IMG/VR virus record: IMGVR_UViG_3300010429_000979
Span: 17,314 to 81,313 of that record
Direction: 5' to 3' (one strand)
DNA from: a virus
Taxonomy: Duplodnaviria > Caudoviricetes
DNA: 64,000 nucleotides
Shown here: positions 35,937 through 46,020 of the stretch, piece by piece
Numbering within the stretch: position 1 is the first letter of the stretch
Layout: every line of letters begins with the position of its first letter
Translations under genes and position numbers: made by a program
The notes under the pieces: model-generated
Told to the model about the DNA's origin: nothing
Databases searched by the model: none
The model's input: only the letters and a program-made list of their open reading frames with translations

Positions 35937-38089
35937 GAGACACCCAATATAAAATCATTGATAGTTTAGATGAGCTAGAACAGCTCATCTCTTTCTGTAA
36001 ACAGACAGGGTATGCCTCTGTTGACTTTGAAACAACCAGCTTAGCATTTCATAACGAAGCAGAGTACCCAACCATCTTGGGTGTATCATTCCAACCAGGC
36101 TCTGCTTGGATTATACCATTAGGGAATTATGATTCACCCTTCAGGGATGTCTGGCAGGAAATACTTCAGATCTTCGGTAAGGAGGTTATGGAGAATCCAA
36201 ATATTGTAAAGATAGGTCAGAACAATAAGTATGAGTACAAGTGGTTCCTCAGCCAAGGCATAAGGCCTACTGGAGTTCTTCTTGATACGATGCTTGCAAA
36301 GTATTTACTGGATGAGGAAAGGCCCCATGGCTTAAAGGAAATGGTTGCTCGATACATACCGGAGTTTGCTGGGTATGCTTTACCTGGCTCCAACTCAGAT
36401 AAGTTTAACTGGGCAGGAGTACCCTTAGAAAAGCTAAGCCAATACTGTGCCCGTGATGCTGACTTCACATTCAGGTTAATGCTTCAGTTCGAGAGCAGGT
36501 TAATGAAGACTGGATTCTATCCACTGTTTAGGAATCTCTTATGTATGCTGACTCGGGTACTCGGTGAATCTGAATTTCATGGTTACCTGGTAGATGTACC
36601 TTATCTTGATTCCCTGATTGAGAAGTATGATAAACTTATCAGTGATAACGAATTGATGCTCAGGACATTACCTGTGATCAAGGAATATGAAAAGCATCTC
36701 ATTGAAGAAAGGAAAAAGAAATTAGTTTCTGAATTAGAGGATGAGATCGATCAACTTGAAAACAGTAATGGATCTAAAACCTCAATCTCTAACAAGAAGA
36801 TTAAGATCGCAGAGATTATAACTGGAAAGGTTAGGACTAAGAAAGACCAAAAGATATTCGAGCCCCTTAACTTTGGGTCTCCAAAACAAATGGGTGATTT
36901 CTTTTTTAAATCAGAACACGGGTTATGCTTTGAAGCAGTTAACTATACTGACTCAGGAGAACCATCCACTGATGAGACTACCTTACTTGAATTAAAATCA
37001 GAAGATGACTCTGGATTCATTGATGCCCTATTAAAGAACCGAGAACTTAAAAAACTTAATTCCACCTACATCGTTGGTATTAGGGAGTTAATCGATGAAA
37101 GGGGTTATCTTCATTGCTCATATCTTATACACGGTACTGTAACTGGGAGGTTATCATCCACTAATCCTAATATGCAGAACCTTCCCCGTACTGCAACCAA
37201 TCCAGATATTCGGAAAATGTTTATTGCCCCACCAGGATATCTCTTGGTAGAAGTAGATTATTCTCAGGCTGAACTAAGGGTTGTGGCTGAACTCTCGCAG
37301 GATAAAAACATGTGCGAGATGTTTAACTCCGGTATCGATATCCATACAGCTACTGCCTGTAGGATTGCAGGTAGGGATCCAATAGAAATAACCAAGATAC
37401 TTCATGATGAAAGCCATCCAGATAATAAGGAATGGAAGAAAGCAAGGAAGAGATCTAAGAAGGTATCATTTGGTATTCTGTATGGCCAAGAGCCACCAAA
37501 ATTAGCCAAGGAATTAACAATAGAAACTGGTGAGAATGTAACCAAAGCCCAAGCTTCTCAATTCAGGGATGAATGGTTTGATGCTTTTCCCAAGATAAAG
37601 AAATGGATCGATGGACAACATGCATTTGCTACCAAGCACGGATACGTCTACAATATTTTTGGTAGAAAGCGGAGGCTTCATATACTTAACAATCCTATTA
37701 ACAAGCGAGCTGAGTTCGGTAAGTGGTTGGAGGCATTGCGTCAGTCTGTCAATGCTCCGATTCAGGGTGCTGCAAGTGACTTCACTCAACTAACCTCGAT
37801 CATGATCTGGGAGGAGATACTATATGGTAAACTGCCTTCCACGATTAAACAGGTAGCAACCATTCATGATGCTATCGTTTATCAGGTAGAACCAAAAGAT
37901 ATCCATCAGTTTGTGAAAAGGGCTATTGAGATTGGGACTAACCCAGAGACAGAAAAATACTTCGGATTTAAAATGAAACACGTAACCATGAAACTCGATG
38001 CACAGGTTGGGTTTAACTATGGCCAGATGAAAGATTACAAGGAAGAGATTGATTATATTAAATTTTATAAAGATGGGACACAGCATTAA
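35933..38089 (+). CDS. polA: Family A DNA polymerase (3'-5' exonuclease plus polymerase)
   Basis: VDFETT, YCARDA, TVTGRLSSTNPNMQN, DYSQAELR, KKVSFGILYG and TIHDA motifs. Confidence 0.95.
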   Translation: MRDTQYKIIDSLDELEQLISFCKQTGYASVDFETTSLAFHNEAEYPTILGVSFQPGSAWIIPLGNYDSPFRDVWQEILQIFGKEVMENPNIVKIGQNNKYEYKWFLSQGIRPTGVLLDTMLAKYLLDEERPHGLKEMVARYIPEFAGYALPGSNSDKFNWAGVPLEKLSQYCARDADFTFRLMLQFESRLMKTGFYPLFRNLLCMLTRVLGESEFHGYLVDVPYLDSLIEKYDKLISDNELMLRTLPVIKEYEKHLIEERKKKLVSELEDEIDQLENSNGSKTSISNKKIKIAEIITGKVRTKKDQKIFEPLNFGSPKQMGDFFFKSEHGLCFEAVNYTDSGEPSTDETTLLELKSEDDSGFIDALLKNRELKKLNSTYIVGIRELIDERGYLHCSYLIHGTVTGRLSSTNPNMQNLPRTATNPDIRKMFIAPPGYLLVEVDYSQAELRVVAELSQDKNMCEMFNSGIDIHTATACRIAGRDPIEITKILHDESHPDNKEWKKARKRSKKVSFGILYGQEPPKLAKELTIETGENVTKAQASQFRDEWFDAFPKIKKWIDGQHAFATKHGYVYNIFGRKRRLHILNNPINKRAEFGKWLEALRQSVNAPIQGAASDFTQLTSIMIWEEILYGKLPSTIKQVATIHDAIVYQVEPKDIHQFVKRAIEIGTNPETEKYFGFKMKHVTMKLDAQVGFNYGQMKDYKEEIDYIKFYKDGTQH

Positions 38090-38759
38090 AACAACAGACC
38101 TCTCATTAAGGGGTAAAAGTAAAAGGGTAGGATTATTCGGGGCTTCAGGCTGCGGTAAGACAACCATTGCAAGATACATACAGGGTTTTGGTATACCATT
38201 CCTTGAAGCATCTGCCTCAAAATCCTTTACTCATGAGGACGTTGAGAAATTCGAGCAGATCCTCAATCAGAAATTTGTATTCTCTCATCAGAATACAATC
38301 AAGTGGTCCCATCAATTCCCCGAATTCGGGTATCAGTTTCAATGGGCTGTAGCGAAATACAGGTCAGCTGCAATTAAGAATAACAGCCATTTCGTCATGG
38401 ACCGTACACCTCTCGATGTCTACGTCTATTGGTTATTACAATGCGGTCCTTATGTAACTGATCAGGACACTTTGGAATTCCTTCAATTCAATCTCGAAGC
38501 TTGGAAGGAACTGACTCATGTTATTTATGTCAGTAATACCAATCAACCACCTATCATTGAGAATGATGGTGTAAGGATTCCAAATTACCTTTATCAAAGG
38601 GTTATCGATAACATCTTCTATATGCAGTTCGATACCCACTTCAGAAAGCATTCACCCAATACAGAGTACAATGCCCTGTTCACTTGGGACTTGTCGGCTC
38701 GGAAAAATCTAGTAGCTGAATTTCTTGGGTTTGATCGCAATACTATTAATATTAAATAA
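38073..38759 (+). CDS. Nucleotide (dNMP) kinase-like P-loop protein
   Basis: GASGCGKTT Walker A and DRTPLD motif. Confidence 0.75.
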   Translation: MGHSIKTTDLSLRGKSKRVGLFGASGCGKTTIARYIQGFGIPFLEASASKSFTHEDVEKFEQILNQKFVFSHQNTIKWSHQFPEFGYQFQWAVAKYRSAAIKNNSHFVMDRTPLDVYVYWLLQCGPYVTDQDTLEFLQFNLEAWKELTHVIYVSNTNQPPIIENDGVRIPNYLYQRVIDNIFYMQFDTHFRKHSPNTEYNALFTWDLSARKNLVAEFLGFDRNTINIK

Positions 38760-38764
38760 GTTAC

Positions 38765-39229
38765 ATGCCGAAGAAAATACTGAAATACGCCTCCTCCTCC
38801 GACCTAATGAATATCCAGATCTTCTATGGGGATGAGCGATTTAGGTTTAATCTTTACGAGGAGATCATCATCAATGAGAACCAGATCGAAGAGGAAATTA
38901 AAAACCAACCCTCTGCATACTCATTCCTATCAATGCTCAGGACTAAGTTAAAACGTAACCTTGCAGATGCGGAATTCGAATTAAATAAAACCTATGGAAG
39001 AGTCTTCAATGAACATAAATCCAAAGTGGATAGACTCTCAGGACGTGTTCCTGGGGATGATACTGTTGTTTCTCGGGTATATTGCGATCCTGATTATGCT
39101 GAAGCTGCTGAAAAAACGAGGGCACTTAAACACGAGGTTGAGGTCATTGAGACCTGCGTCAGATCATTCGAGCAAAGGAAAGACCTCATACAAACGCTTG
39201 CTGCTAACCTCCGAAAGGAGAATTCATAA
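38765..39229 (+). CDS. UvsY-like recombination mediator
   Basis: Coiled coil of about 150 aa; position before SSB and RecA. Confidence 0.6.
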   Translation: MPKKILKYASSSDLMNIQIFYGDERFRFNLYEEIIINENQIEEEIKNQPSAYSFLSMLRTKLKRNLADAEFELNKTYGRVFNEHKSKVDRLSGRVPGDDTVVSRVYCDPDYAEAAEKTRALKHEVEVIETCVRSFEQRKDLIQTLAANLRKENS

Positions 39230-39250
39230 ACAATCAAAATCCAAAGTAAA

Positions 39251-40000
39251 ATGTCAGAACTAAGAAAAAGGCTCGAAGAGAAAAGAAAAAAGCTAAACGA
39301 AAGAGGAAAGACTGGAAAGGTTATCTTCTTAAAAGATGACCAAACACTACGTGTAAGGCCATTACCAGTTGGCGAAGACAAGGAATTTGTATTTGAGGTA
39401 ATTCAATTCTACCTCGGATCAGATATCAAAGGGGTATACTCCAATGCCACCTTCGGTAAACCTTGCCCCATTATGGAGAAGTATGAGGAACTGAAAAACT
39501 CAAAGGATTCAGATGACAAGAATCTTGCCAAGTTGCTGGTCCCCAAACGGAAATTCATGATGCCGGTATTGGTTTACAAAGACCTGAAAGGTAAAGAAAT
39601 CGACACCGAAAACTCCGGTAAGTTTATCCAAATCACTGGTGACATCTACAAGGTGATCATCGATAACTGGTTGGATACCGATGACTGGGGAGATCCTACA
39701 GACCCAACTGAAGGCTATGATATGAAGATTGGCCGGATGGGATCTGGTAAACTCGATACCACATACTCATGCAGCCCGTGCCCAAAATCCCCAACTCCTA
39801 AAGAATGGAGGAAAATCGTTGACATCGATGAGATGGTTGCCGAAATCATTGAGGACTATGATGCTTGCCTTGAAAAGCTTAACACTTTCCTGGGTGAACC
39901 TGATATGCTTCATGATGACCCACCAAAGAAGCTTTCCTCAAAATCAGATCGGGAATCACGCGAATCTCGTAGGTCACGCAGAGAATCAACTGACGAATAG
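39251..40000 (+). CDS. Single-stranded DNA-binding protein (gp32-like)
   Basis: LRVRPLP, PCPIME and PTDPTEGYDMKIGRMGSGKLDTTY motifs; charged tail. Confidence 0.75.
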   Translation: MSELRKRLEEKRKKLNERGKTGKVIFLKDDQTLRVRPLPVGEDKEFVFEVIQFYLGSDIKGVYSNATFGKPCPIMEKYEELKNSKDSDDKNLAKLLVPKRKFMMPVLVYKDLKGKEIDTENSGKFIQITGDIYKVIIDNWLDTDDWGDPTDPTEGYDMKIGRMGSGKLDTTYSCSPCPKSPTPKEWRKIVDIDEMVAEIIEDYDACLEKLNTFLGEPDMLHDDPPKKLSSKSDRESRESRRSRRESTDE

Positions 40001-40002
40001 TT

Positions 40003-41160
40003 ATGGCTAAGAAGGATAAACCAAAGGTAGGGGAGAGGTTACTCTCCCCTACCCAATTAAAGACCAAGTATAATGGGACAGGTATTGCTTCACAAGTAAT
40101 GCTAGGACCATCAGACGGTCTCTGGTTGCCCTCAAAGAATCTGACCCTCAACTATACATTAGGTGGGGGTATTCCGTATGGGCGTCAGGTGGAAATCTAC
40201 GGCTCTGAATCTTCAGGTAAAACTTTGATGGCTCTTGACTTCGGTGGTGTTGCCCAATCACTTGGTGGAGTTATCATGTTCAACGATGCTGAACAAGCTT
40301 GGGATCCTGCTTGGGCAATGGCCAATGGTATTGACCTTGATCAAGTAGAACTCTGGAATGAGACCTCAATCGAAAGGTTATCTGATTGGCTTGGTGATAT
40401 GTCATTATACTATCGGTCAAGGTTACGGGGCAATGAACCAATTGTTTTTATCTGCGACTCAATCGCAGCTCTTGATTGTGATGCTAACATTAACTCTAAT
40501 CAATCCGATGCAGCTGCCGAAATGGGTAACCGTGCTAAGGCAATGTACCGTATGCTAAGGACCAGGAATCAATTAATTGCTGAACTTGGTATCATCTGTA
40601 TCTGGATAAACCAATTACGATCAAAGGTTGGTGCTTCCAAATACGAGGATTCAGATGAGACTCCAGGAGGAAAAGCAATGAGATTCTATGCTTCACAAAG
40701 GATCGGAGTTTATGCTGGGAAACAGGTTAAGGCAAAAGTAAATGGAACAGAGCAACGCGTTGGATCTGAAACCTCAGTGAGGATTAAGAAGAACAAAGTT
40801 GCACCACCCCGTGAAACGTTTACCACTAACATGTATTTCAATCCTGAATACGATAAGGAACCTCTAGGATTCGATCGTTACCTGGGTATTGCCGATCTCC
40901 TTATCAAAACCGGGACACTGGAAAGGTCTGGAGCATATTACAAATTCGAAGGCCAATCAGTTGCTCAAGGAGAAGCTTCATTGATTACCAAGATCAAATC
41001 AGATCCCGAGCTAAGGAAGAAACTGATCACAGCAAGTGGTATTAATACAGTATCAAAGACAAGGGCAAAGATCGAGGCTACAACCAAAAACCTTTATCCA
41101 ATCTCTGGTGCTTCAAAGACCGTCTTAGATGACGATGATGAGGAGGAAGACGATGATTAG
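40003..41160 (+). CDS. recA: RecA/UvsX recombinase
   Basis: GSESSGKT, ICDSIAA, INQLR and TPGGKAMRFYAS motifs. Confidence 0.95.
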   Translation: MAKKDKPKVGERLLSPTQLKTKYNGTGIASQVMLGPSDGLWLPSKNLTLNYTLGGGIPYGRQVEIYGSESSGKTLMALDFGGVAQSLGGVIMFNDAEQAWDPAWAMANGIDLDQVELWNETSIERLSDWLGDMSLYYRSRLRGNEPIVFICDSIAALDCDANINSNQSDAAAEMGNRAKAMYRMLRTRNQLIAELGIICIWINQLRSKVGASKYEDSDETPGGKAMRFYASQRIGVYAGKQVKAKVNGTEQRVGSETSVRIKKNKVAPPRETFTTNMYFNPEYDKEPLGFDRYLGIADLLIKTGTLERSGAYYKFEGQSVAQGEASLITKIKSDPELRKKLITASGINTVSKTRAKIEATTKNLYPISGASKTVLDDDDEEEDDD

Positions 41161-42028
41161 TCCAGTAATGCTTATCGATGGCGATAACATGATGTATAGG
41201 GCTTTCTTTAAATTTGCCGGGCTTACTAATGAGGATGGGAAACCATCCTCACTGGTGTTTGGGGTTCCCTATATGATCAGGCCAATGATCTTTAAATATA
41301 AACCTCAAAGGGTTATCGTGGTAATGGATGGTGGAAGACATCAATCCAGAACTGAGGTTCTACCTACCTATAAATTAAGGGATAAATCAGATCATGACTA
41401 TACCGAATTTAAAGCTCAGAAGGAAGTTTTAAAGGGTCTGTTACCTGCCTTGAACTGCCATGTTGCATACCTACAGGGACATGAAGCTGATGACATAATC
41501 TATTACCTAGCTAAGGCTACGTATAAATACTCAGAGAAGGTCATCGTATCATCCGATAAGGATTTTAATCAGATGATTGATTCAAGGACATCAATCTTCA
41601 ATCCTTCCAAAAACCATCTTATCGATTTTAAAAACTGCGAAAGGGTAACTGGTATACATCCACATGATTGGTTGGATTACCTAATCCTTGATGGTGATAA
41701 GTCTGATAAGATACCAGGCTATAAAGGTATGGGTGAGAAAAGGATTAAAAAATTCTTGGCCGAGCACTCCTCTATCTATGAATTCCTTGAAGAAAGGAAA
41801 TCATTTTCTGGTATTGATAACGATAAGCTCCTTGAATTGTATGAAACTAATAAGAAGCTTATCAGTCTCCATCATTTCTTTCACACTAACGGGAAGTATG
41901 CTTACCCACTTGATCTGGCTTATGATATTAATTTCGATAAGAAAAAGGTATTCAGAACATTCGCTGATTATAATATCGAATCTCTGATGAATGATCAATT
42001 CATGAAACACTTCGAGGAACTGATATGA
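41153..42028 (+). CDS. 5'-3' exonuclease/RNase H (FEN-type)
   Basis: LIDGDN, EADDII, SSDKDF and GDKSDKIPG motifs. Confidence 0.92.
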   Translation: MISPVMLIDGDNMMYRAFFKFAGLTNEDGKPSSLVFGVPYMIRPMIFKYKPQRVIVVMDGGRHQSRTEVLPTYKLRDKSDHDYTEFKAQKEVLKGLLPALNCHVAYLQGHEADDIIYYLAKATYKYSEKVIVSSDKDFNQMIDSRTSIFNPSKNHLIDFKNCERVTGIHPHDWLDYLILDGDKSDKIPGYKGMGEKRIKKFLAEHSSIYEFLEERKSFSGIDNDKLLELYETNKKLISLHHFFHTNGKYAYPLDLAYDINFDKKKVFRTFADYNIESLMNDQFMKHFEELI

Positions 42029-43008
42029 AACGATACCCTATAGCAATATCCACATCCGATTGGCACCTGAATTCATGGACAACCAATAACCCAGTAAGTA
42101 AACCAAGACTTGAACACCAACTGGATTTCCTGGAGTATCTCTGTACATCATCACATCAATTAGAGATACCTATCCTATTTAGTGGTGACCTGTTTCATAA
42201 TGCTAAAACACTAACCAATGAGTTATTCGATAAGGTCTCTGAGAGATTTAACCAATGCTTCAACGATTACCCAAAAGCTAGGATACTTGCAATCTCGGGT
42301 AACCATGACCAATCCGAAAAGAACTTTCGCGATACTCTATCACCGTCTTATGTGGCTTCTCTATCGAGGGTATTTCCACATAATTTCATATGCCTAGACT
42401 TTAAAAATATCGTGGTTAACAATGTTAGGATAGCTGGTATCCCATATCTCACACATAACGTCGGCCTACAAGAGACAGTAGAAGATTACTCTGAACTGGA
42501 AATTGATATCCTATTAATTCATACCGATCTTCATGGGGCTAAGGACACTAATCTGTATCAGATTAATGATGCAGGGAACGTCCCAAAAAATATGGATGAG
42601 TTTTTTGAGCAATTCAAGCTCGTTCTAAGTGGTCATATCCATTTGCCCCAAAGGCTTGGTAAGAATCTATATATGGTTGGAGCCCCAATGCACCAACGTA
42701 AAACTGATGTCGATGCCGAGTTAGGATACTGGGTAGTTTATTCGGATTTTAAGGTAGAATTCACTCACGTTGATTGGGCCCCACAATTTAAGATTTATGA
42801 GGAAGGGGATAAGATCGATGACTTCCATATCTGGTTGCTGGCCAAACAAAGAAAAGAGGCCCAGAAAAAAGCATCGGGATTCGATACTGAGAATTTATCA
42901 AGGATAAGCCTGATCAAAATGTATATAGAGAAGATGGAAATCCCAATGTACCCACACGGAAAGGCTTTAATTAAACACATGGAGGAATTAGAGGATGATA
43001 TCATTTAA
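42025..43008 (+). CDS. sbcD: SbcD/Mre11-like nuclease (gp47-like)
   Basis: SDWH, GDLFH, GNHD and GHIH phosphoesterase motifs. Confidence 0.9.
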   Translation: MKRYPIAISTSDWHLNSWTTNNPVSKPRLEHQLDFLEYLCTSSHQLEIPILFSGDLFHNAKTLTNELFDKVSERFNQCFNDYPKARILAISGNHDQSEKNFRDTLSPSYVASLSRVFPHNFICLDFKNIVVNNVRIAGIPYLTHNVGLQETVEDYSELEIDILLIHTDLHGAKDTNLYQINDAGNVPKNMDEFFEQFKLVLSGHIHLPQRLGKNLYMVGAPMHQRKTDVDAELGYWVVYSDFKVEFTHVDWAPQFKIYEEGDKIDDFHIWLLAKQRKEAQKKASGFDTENLSRISLIKMYIEKMEIPMYPHGKALIKHMEELEDDII

Positions 43009-44809
43009 CAAAATTATCATAGAGGGATTCGGCTCAATCGTTAAACCCTTAGAGACCGAGTTTCATGGTACTGGGATAACCATTATAAGGGGAGAGAATG
43101 GTGAAGGTAAAACCACAGTATTCTCTGCCCTATCTTGGTGCGTAACAGGAAAACCATTAAAGGAAAACTCAACAGTTGAAACTTGGCCCCATGAAAGGGA
43201 CGAGAGTTGGAATGGGACAACAGTAAATGTTTTCTTCACCAAAGGCTCAACTCAGTATGAGATTATCAGGTGCCTTGAATATAAGGGTCAGATACTTGGA
43301 GCAAAGGGTAAAGACCGCCTCATCCTAATCAAGGACGGTAAAGAGGAATCTGAGAAAGCAAAGAAAGATACTCAGGCCACTATCAACAAAATTCTCGGTA
43401 TATCGAATGACCTTTTCAGAGCCTCCATTATCTTCGGACAGAACATGAAGAGGTTTATTGAGGAGGATGGGCCTACTCAGAAAAAGTTAATGGAAGAGGC
43501 TCTTAATATCCTTTGGGTAACAGATGCCAAAAAACTTGCAGACTCAAACCTTTCAGATGCCCAAGCTAAACTGAATAAGTTAGCCCCAATTATCTCATAC
43601 CTTAGTTCCATCATTAATAACACTAATGAGGCTCTTGAGGATTATGATGAGAGCTTTAAAAAATGGGAAACAGAAAAACTGAATTCCATTACTGAGTTAA
43701 AAACTGAGGTGAAAGCCATCATAGAAGTAGATGTCATTGACGGGTCATTTTTTGAGGCTCTAGAGGCCGATATGAAAAAGTCACGGTCAGAGATTGCTTT
43801 AATAGAGGCTGACAAAATAAAGAAGGCTTCATTAGAGAAGGAGGCTAAGTATCTGGAAAAGCAAGCTGCAGAAAAACAGATAGCGATTGATCAATTATAT
43901 ACTGATCAGAAAAAATCCAAAGAAACTGGGAAATGTACTGTTTGTGGGAGTATACTAAAATCAACCGAGAAACTGGATGAACACTTTGAAAACGAAATCC
44001 AGTTTTTGCAAACTGCACTTAATAAATTCAAATCGGATGCTAAACGGGTTAATTTGGATGCTTCTAGTTTAACTATTGCATTTGATTCTATAGAAATCTT
44101 AGAGCAAAAAATTTCTGCACTAGAAAACAACCTAAAAGTTGCTCGATCGAAGAACCAAACAGCCAGTTTAAACCGTCTGAAACTGGAACAACTCAAGGCA
44201 AGAATAAAAAGCCTTGAAAACTCAAAATATCCCGTAGAAAGGGAAAAACTCGAGGTCAAGCTAAGGGACGCTGTACTGGAGATTAAACCTCTCTTAAAAG
44301 ATCAGGACAAATTATTAAAGACCATCAAATTGAACGCATGGATGTCAAAAGCAGTGTTCTCAAATACTGGTATCAAGACATTCATCATGGATACGATGAT
44401 GGGTAAATTAAATCAGAGCCTTGAAAAATACTCAGCATCAATCCCGTTTATCCCTGAGTTCTCAATTAATATGGACTCTGGTAGAAAGGACATAGAGCTT
44501 TTCATATATCATAACGATAATGTGGTCCCCTACGGTGATTTATCTGGTGGCCAAAAACAATTGGTTAATGTAGTCATCGCTTTCGCTATACATGACCTCG
44601 TAACAGAGAATATTAACTTCAACATCCTTGTAATGGATGAGGTATTCGAGAACCTATCAGTTAAATCCATAGAATTGGCCTCAGAATTAATCCTTGAGAA
44701 AGCCCAATCAAAAACCCTTTACCTAATAACACACCATCAGGAATTTAACCCTCCGAATGCAAGGATACTAGAAGTAACTCGTGAGAATGGGACCACAATC
44801 CTAGCTTGA
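42995..44809 (+). CDS. sbcC: SbcC/Rad50-like ATPase (gp46-like)
   Basis: GENGEGKTT, CTVC zinc hook, LSGGQ, MDEVF and ITHH motifs. Confidence 0.92.
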   Translation: MISFNKIIIEGFGSIVKPLETEFHGTGITIIRGENGEGKTTVFSALSWCVTGKPLKENSTVETWPHERDESWNGTTVNVFFTKGSTQYEIIRCLEYKGQILGAKGKDRLILIKDGKEESEKAKKDTQATINKILGISNDLFRASIIFGQNMKRFIEEDGPTQKKLMEEALNILWVTDAKKLADSNLSDAQAKLNKLAPIISYLSSIINNTNEALEDYDESFKKWETEKLNSITELKTEVKAIIEVDVIDGSFFEALEADMKKSRSEIALIEADKIKKASLEKEAKYLEKQAAEKQIAIDQLYTDQKKSKETGKCTVCGSILKSTEKLDEHFENEIQFLQTALNKFKSDAKRVNLDASSLTIAFDSIEILEQKISALENNLKVARSKNQTASLNRLKLEQLKARIKSLENSKYPVEREKLEVKLRDAVLEIKPLLKDQDKLLKTIKLNAWMSKAVFSNTGIKTFIMDTMMGKLNQSLEKYSASIPFIPEFSINMDSGRKDIELFIYHNDNVVPYGDLSGGQKQLVNVVIAFAIHDLVTENINFNILVMDEVFENLSVKSIELASELILEKAQSKTLYLITHHQEFNPPNARILEVTRENGTTILA

Positions 44810-44831
44810 TGCTATTAATAAGAAAGAATTC

Positions 44832-45356
44832 ATGCCGATTAACAGTAAGAAAAAAGGAAGTCGAAATGAAAGGAACTTGTCGAAGTTATTCCATAAGTGG
44901 ACTGGTTTTGAATTTGCACGAACTCCCTCAAGTGGTGGCTTACGATGGAAAAAACGGGATGATGTTGTTGGTGACATTACATGTACAGACCAAGATCACC
45001 TCAGAATCTTCCCATTCAGTATCGAGACAAAGTTCCATGACGAGATTCAGTTCAACCACCTCTTACTTGGAAATACATCAATAGAGATTATTAAATGGTG
45101 GAAGCAAACCACTGATGATGCTGCTCGATCTGGCAAGCTACCGCTTCTTATGATGAGGTATAATGGAATGCCCTCAGATACCTATTTCACTGTAGTATAC
45201 AATAGCCTGTATAACAGGCTCATACCAGCGTTAGGTTCAAAATATGGATATCTTAAATCAGATAGGGGGTTTACCATCTTTAACTCTGATGATATGTTTT
45301 CGGCTAATTACCCTGATGTCATAAAAATCTGCAAAACCTACTCTGATGAGCGTTGA
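44832..45356 (+). CDS. Holliday junction resolvase (Hjc-like PD-(D/E)xK)
   Basis: SKKKGSRNER, RTPSSGG, GDI and IETK motifs. Confidence 0.82.
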   Translation: MPINSKKKGSRNERNLSKLFHKWTGFEFARTPSSGGLRWKKRDDVVGDITCTDQDHLRIFPFSIETKFHDEIQFNHLLLGNTSIEIIKWWKQTTDDAARSGKLPLLMMRYNGMPSDTYFTVVYNSLYNRLIPALGSKYGYLKSDRGFTIFNSDDMFSANYPDVIKICKTYSDER

Positions 45357-46020
45357 GAAACACGTATGGGCAATCGTTTATATCAATAACACATATCGTG
45401 AGACTCTGGAATCAGATGCTAAGCGGTGCGGGATAAAGGATATCAAATTTATCATCCCAACTATCTCGATTATCAGGAAACAATTCAGGGGCAAGAAATT
45501 TACAGAGGAAGTTCCATTGCTCTTCAACTATGGCTTTATCAGAATCCCAATCCAAGTGGCCAGGAGTAAGGATGATTTATTGGGGTTGAAAAGGAGTATA
45601 CAGGGGATCTATAACTGGCTATGGTTAAACCAAAAATCATTCTCTGATAAGAAAACTGTAAAAGTAGCAACCACGTCATTCAGAGAGATCTTAAGGATAG
45701 TCAATATCAGTAGGAGATACTCAGTATATGCAGAATCAGATATCCGCAATATGAAGGCCGGGGCTATGATAACACTGAGAGGATATCCTTTCGATGGTAT
45801 TGAAGCAGAGATCATATCAGTTAACATAAAGAAGGAAGAGGTAGATGTAAACCTTAATCTGGGAATGATGGGCAGGAAAGTAACTGTATCATTCTCCAAT
45901 ATCATGTACTCAATCTATGGGGATTTCGAGGAGATAACTCCAACAGATAATACTCTCGAAGGTATGAAGTTTTATGCCAAACACGGGATTGACTTAAAAG
46001 ACCTAGAAAATGAATCGTAA
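45346..46020 (+). CDS. NusG-family transcription factor (NGN plus KOW)
   Basis: WAIVYI...PLLFNYGFI and KOW-like GAMITLRGYPFDGIEAEIISV. Confidence 0.75.
   Translation: MSVEKHVWAIVYINNTYRETLESDAKRCGIKDIKFIIPTISIIRKQFRGKKFTEEVPLLFNYGFIRIPIQVARSKDDLLGLKRSIQGIYNWLWLNQKSFSDKKTVKVATTSFREILRIVNISRRYSVYAESDIRNMKAGAMITLRGYPFDGIEAEIISVNIKKEEVDVNLNLGMMGRKVTVSFSNIMYSIYGDFEEITPTDNTLEGMKFYAKHGIDLKDLENES

Noticed and set aside
33191-38759. SPO1-type hydroxymethyluracil pathway
   Set aside because: Gene content is compatible, but both TS-fold proteins have Asp rather than Asn at the base-specificity position, favouring dCMP; not fully excluded
27566-41160. Inteins or introns in dnaB, TS, polA or recA
   Set aside because: Lengths and motif spacing look normal, with no obvious insertion or splice motifs
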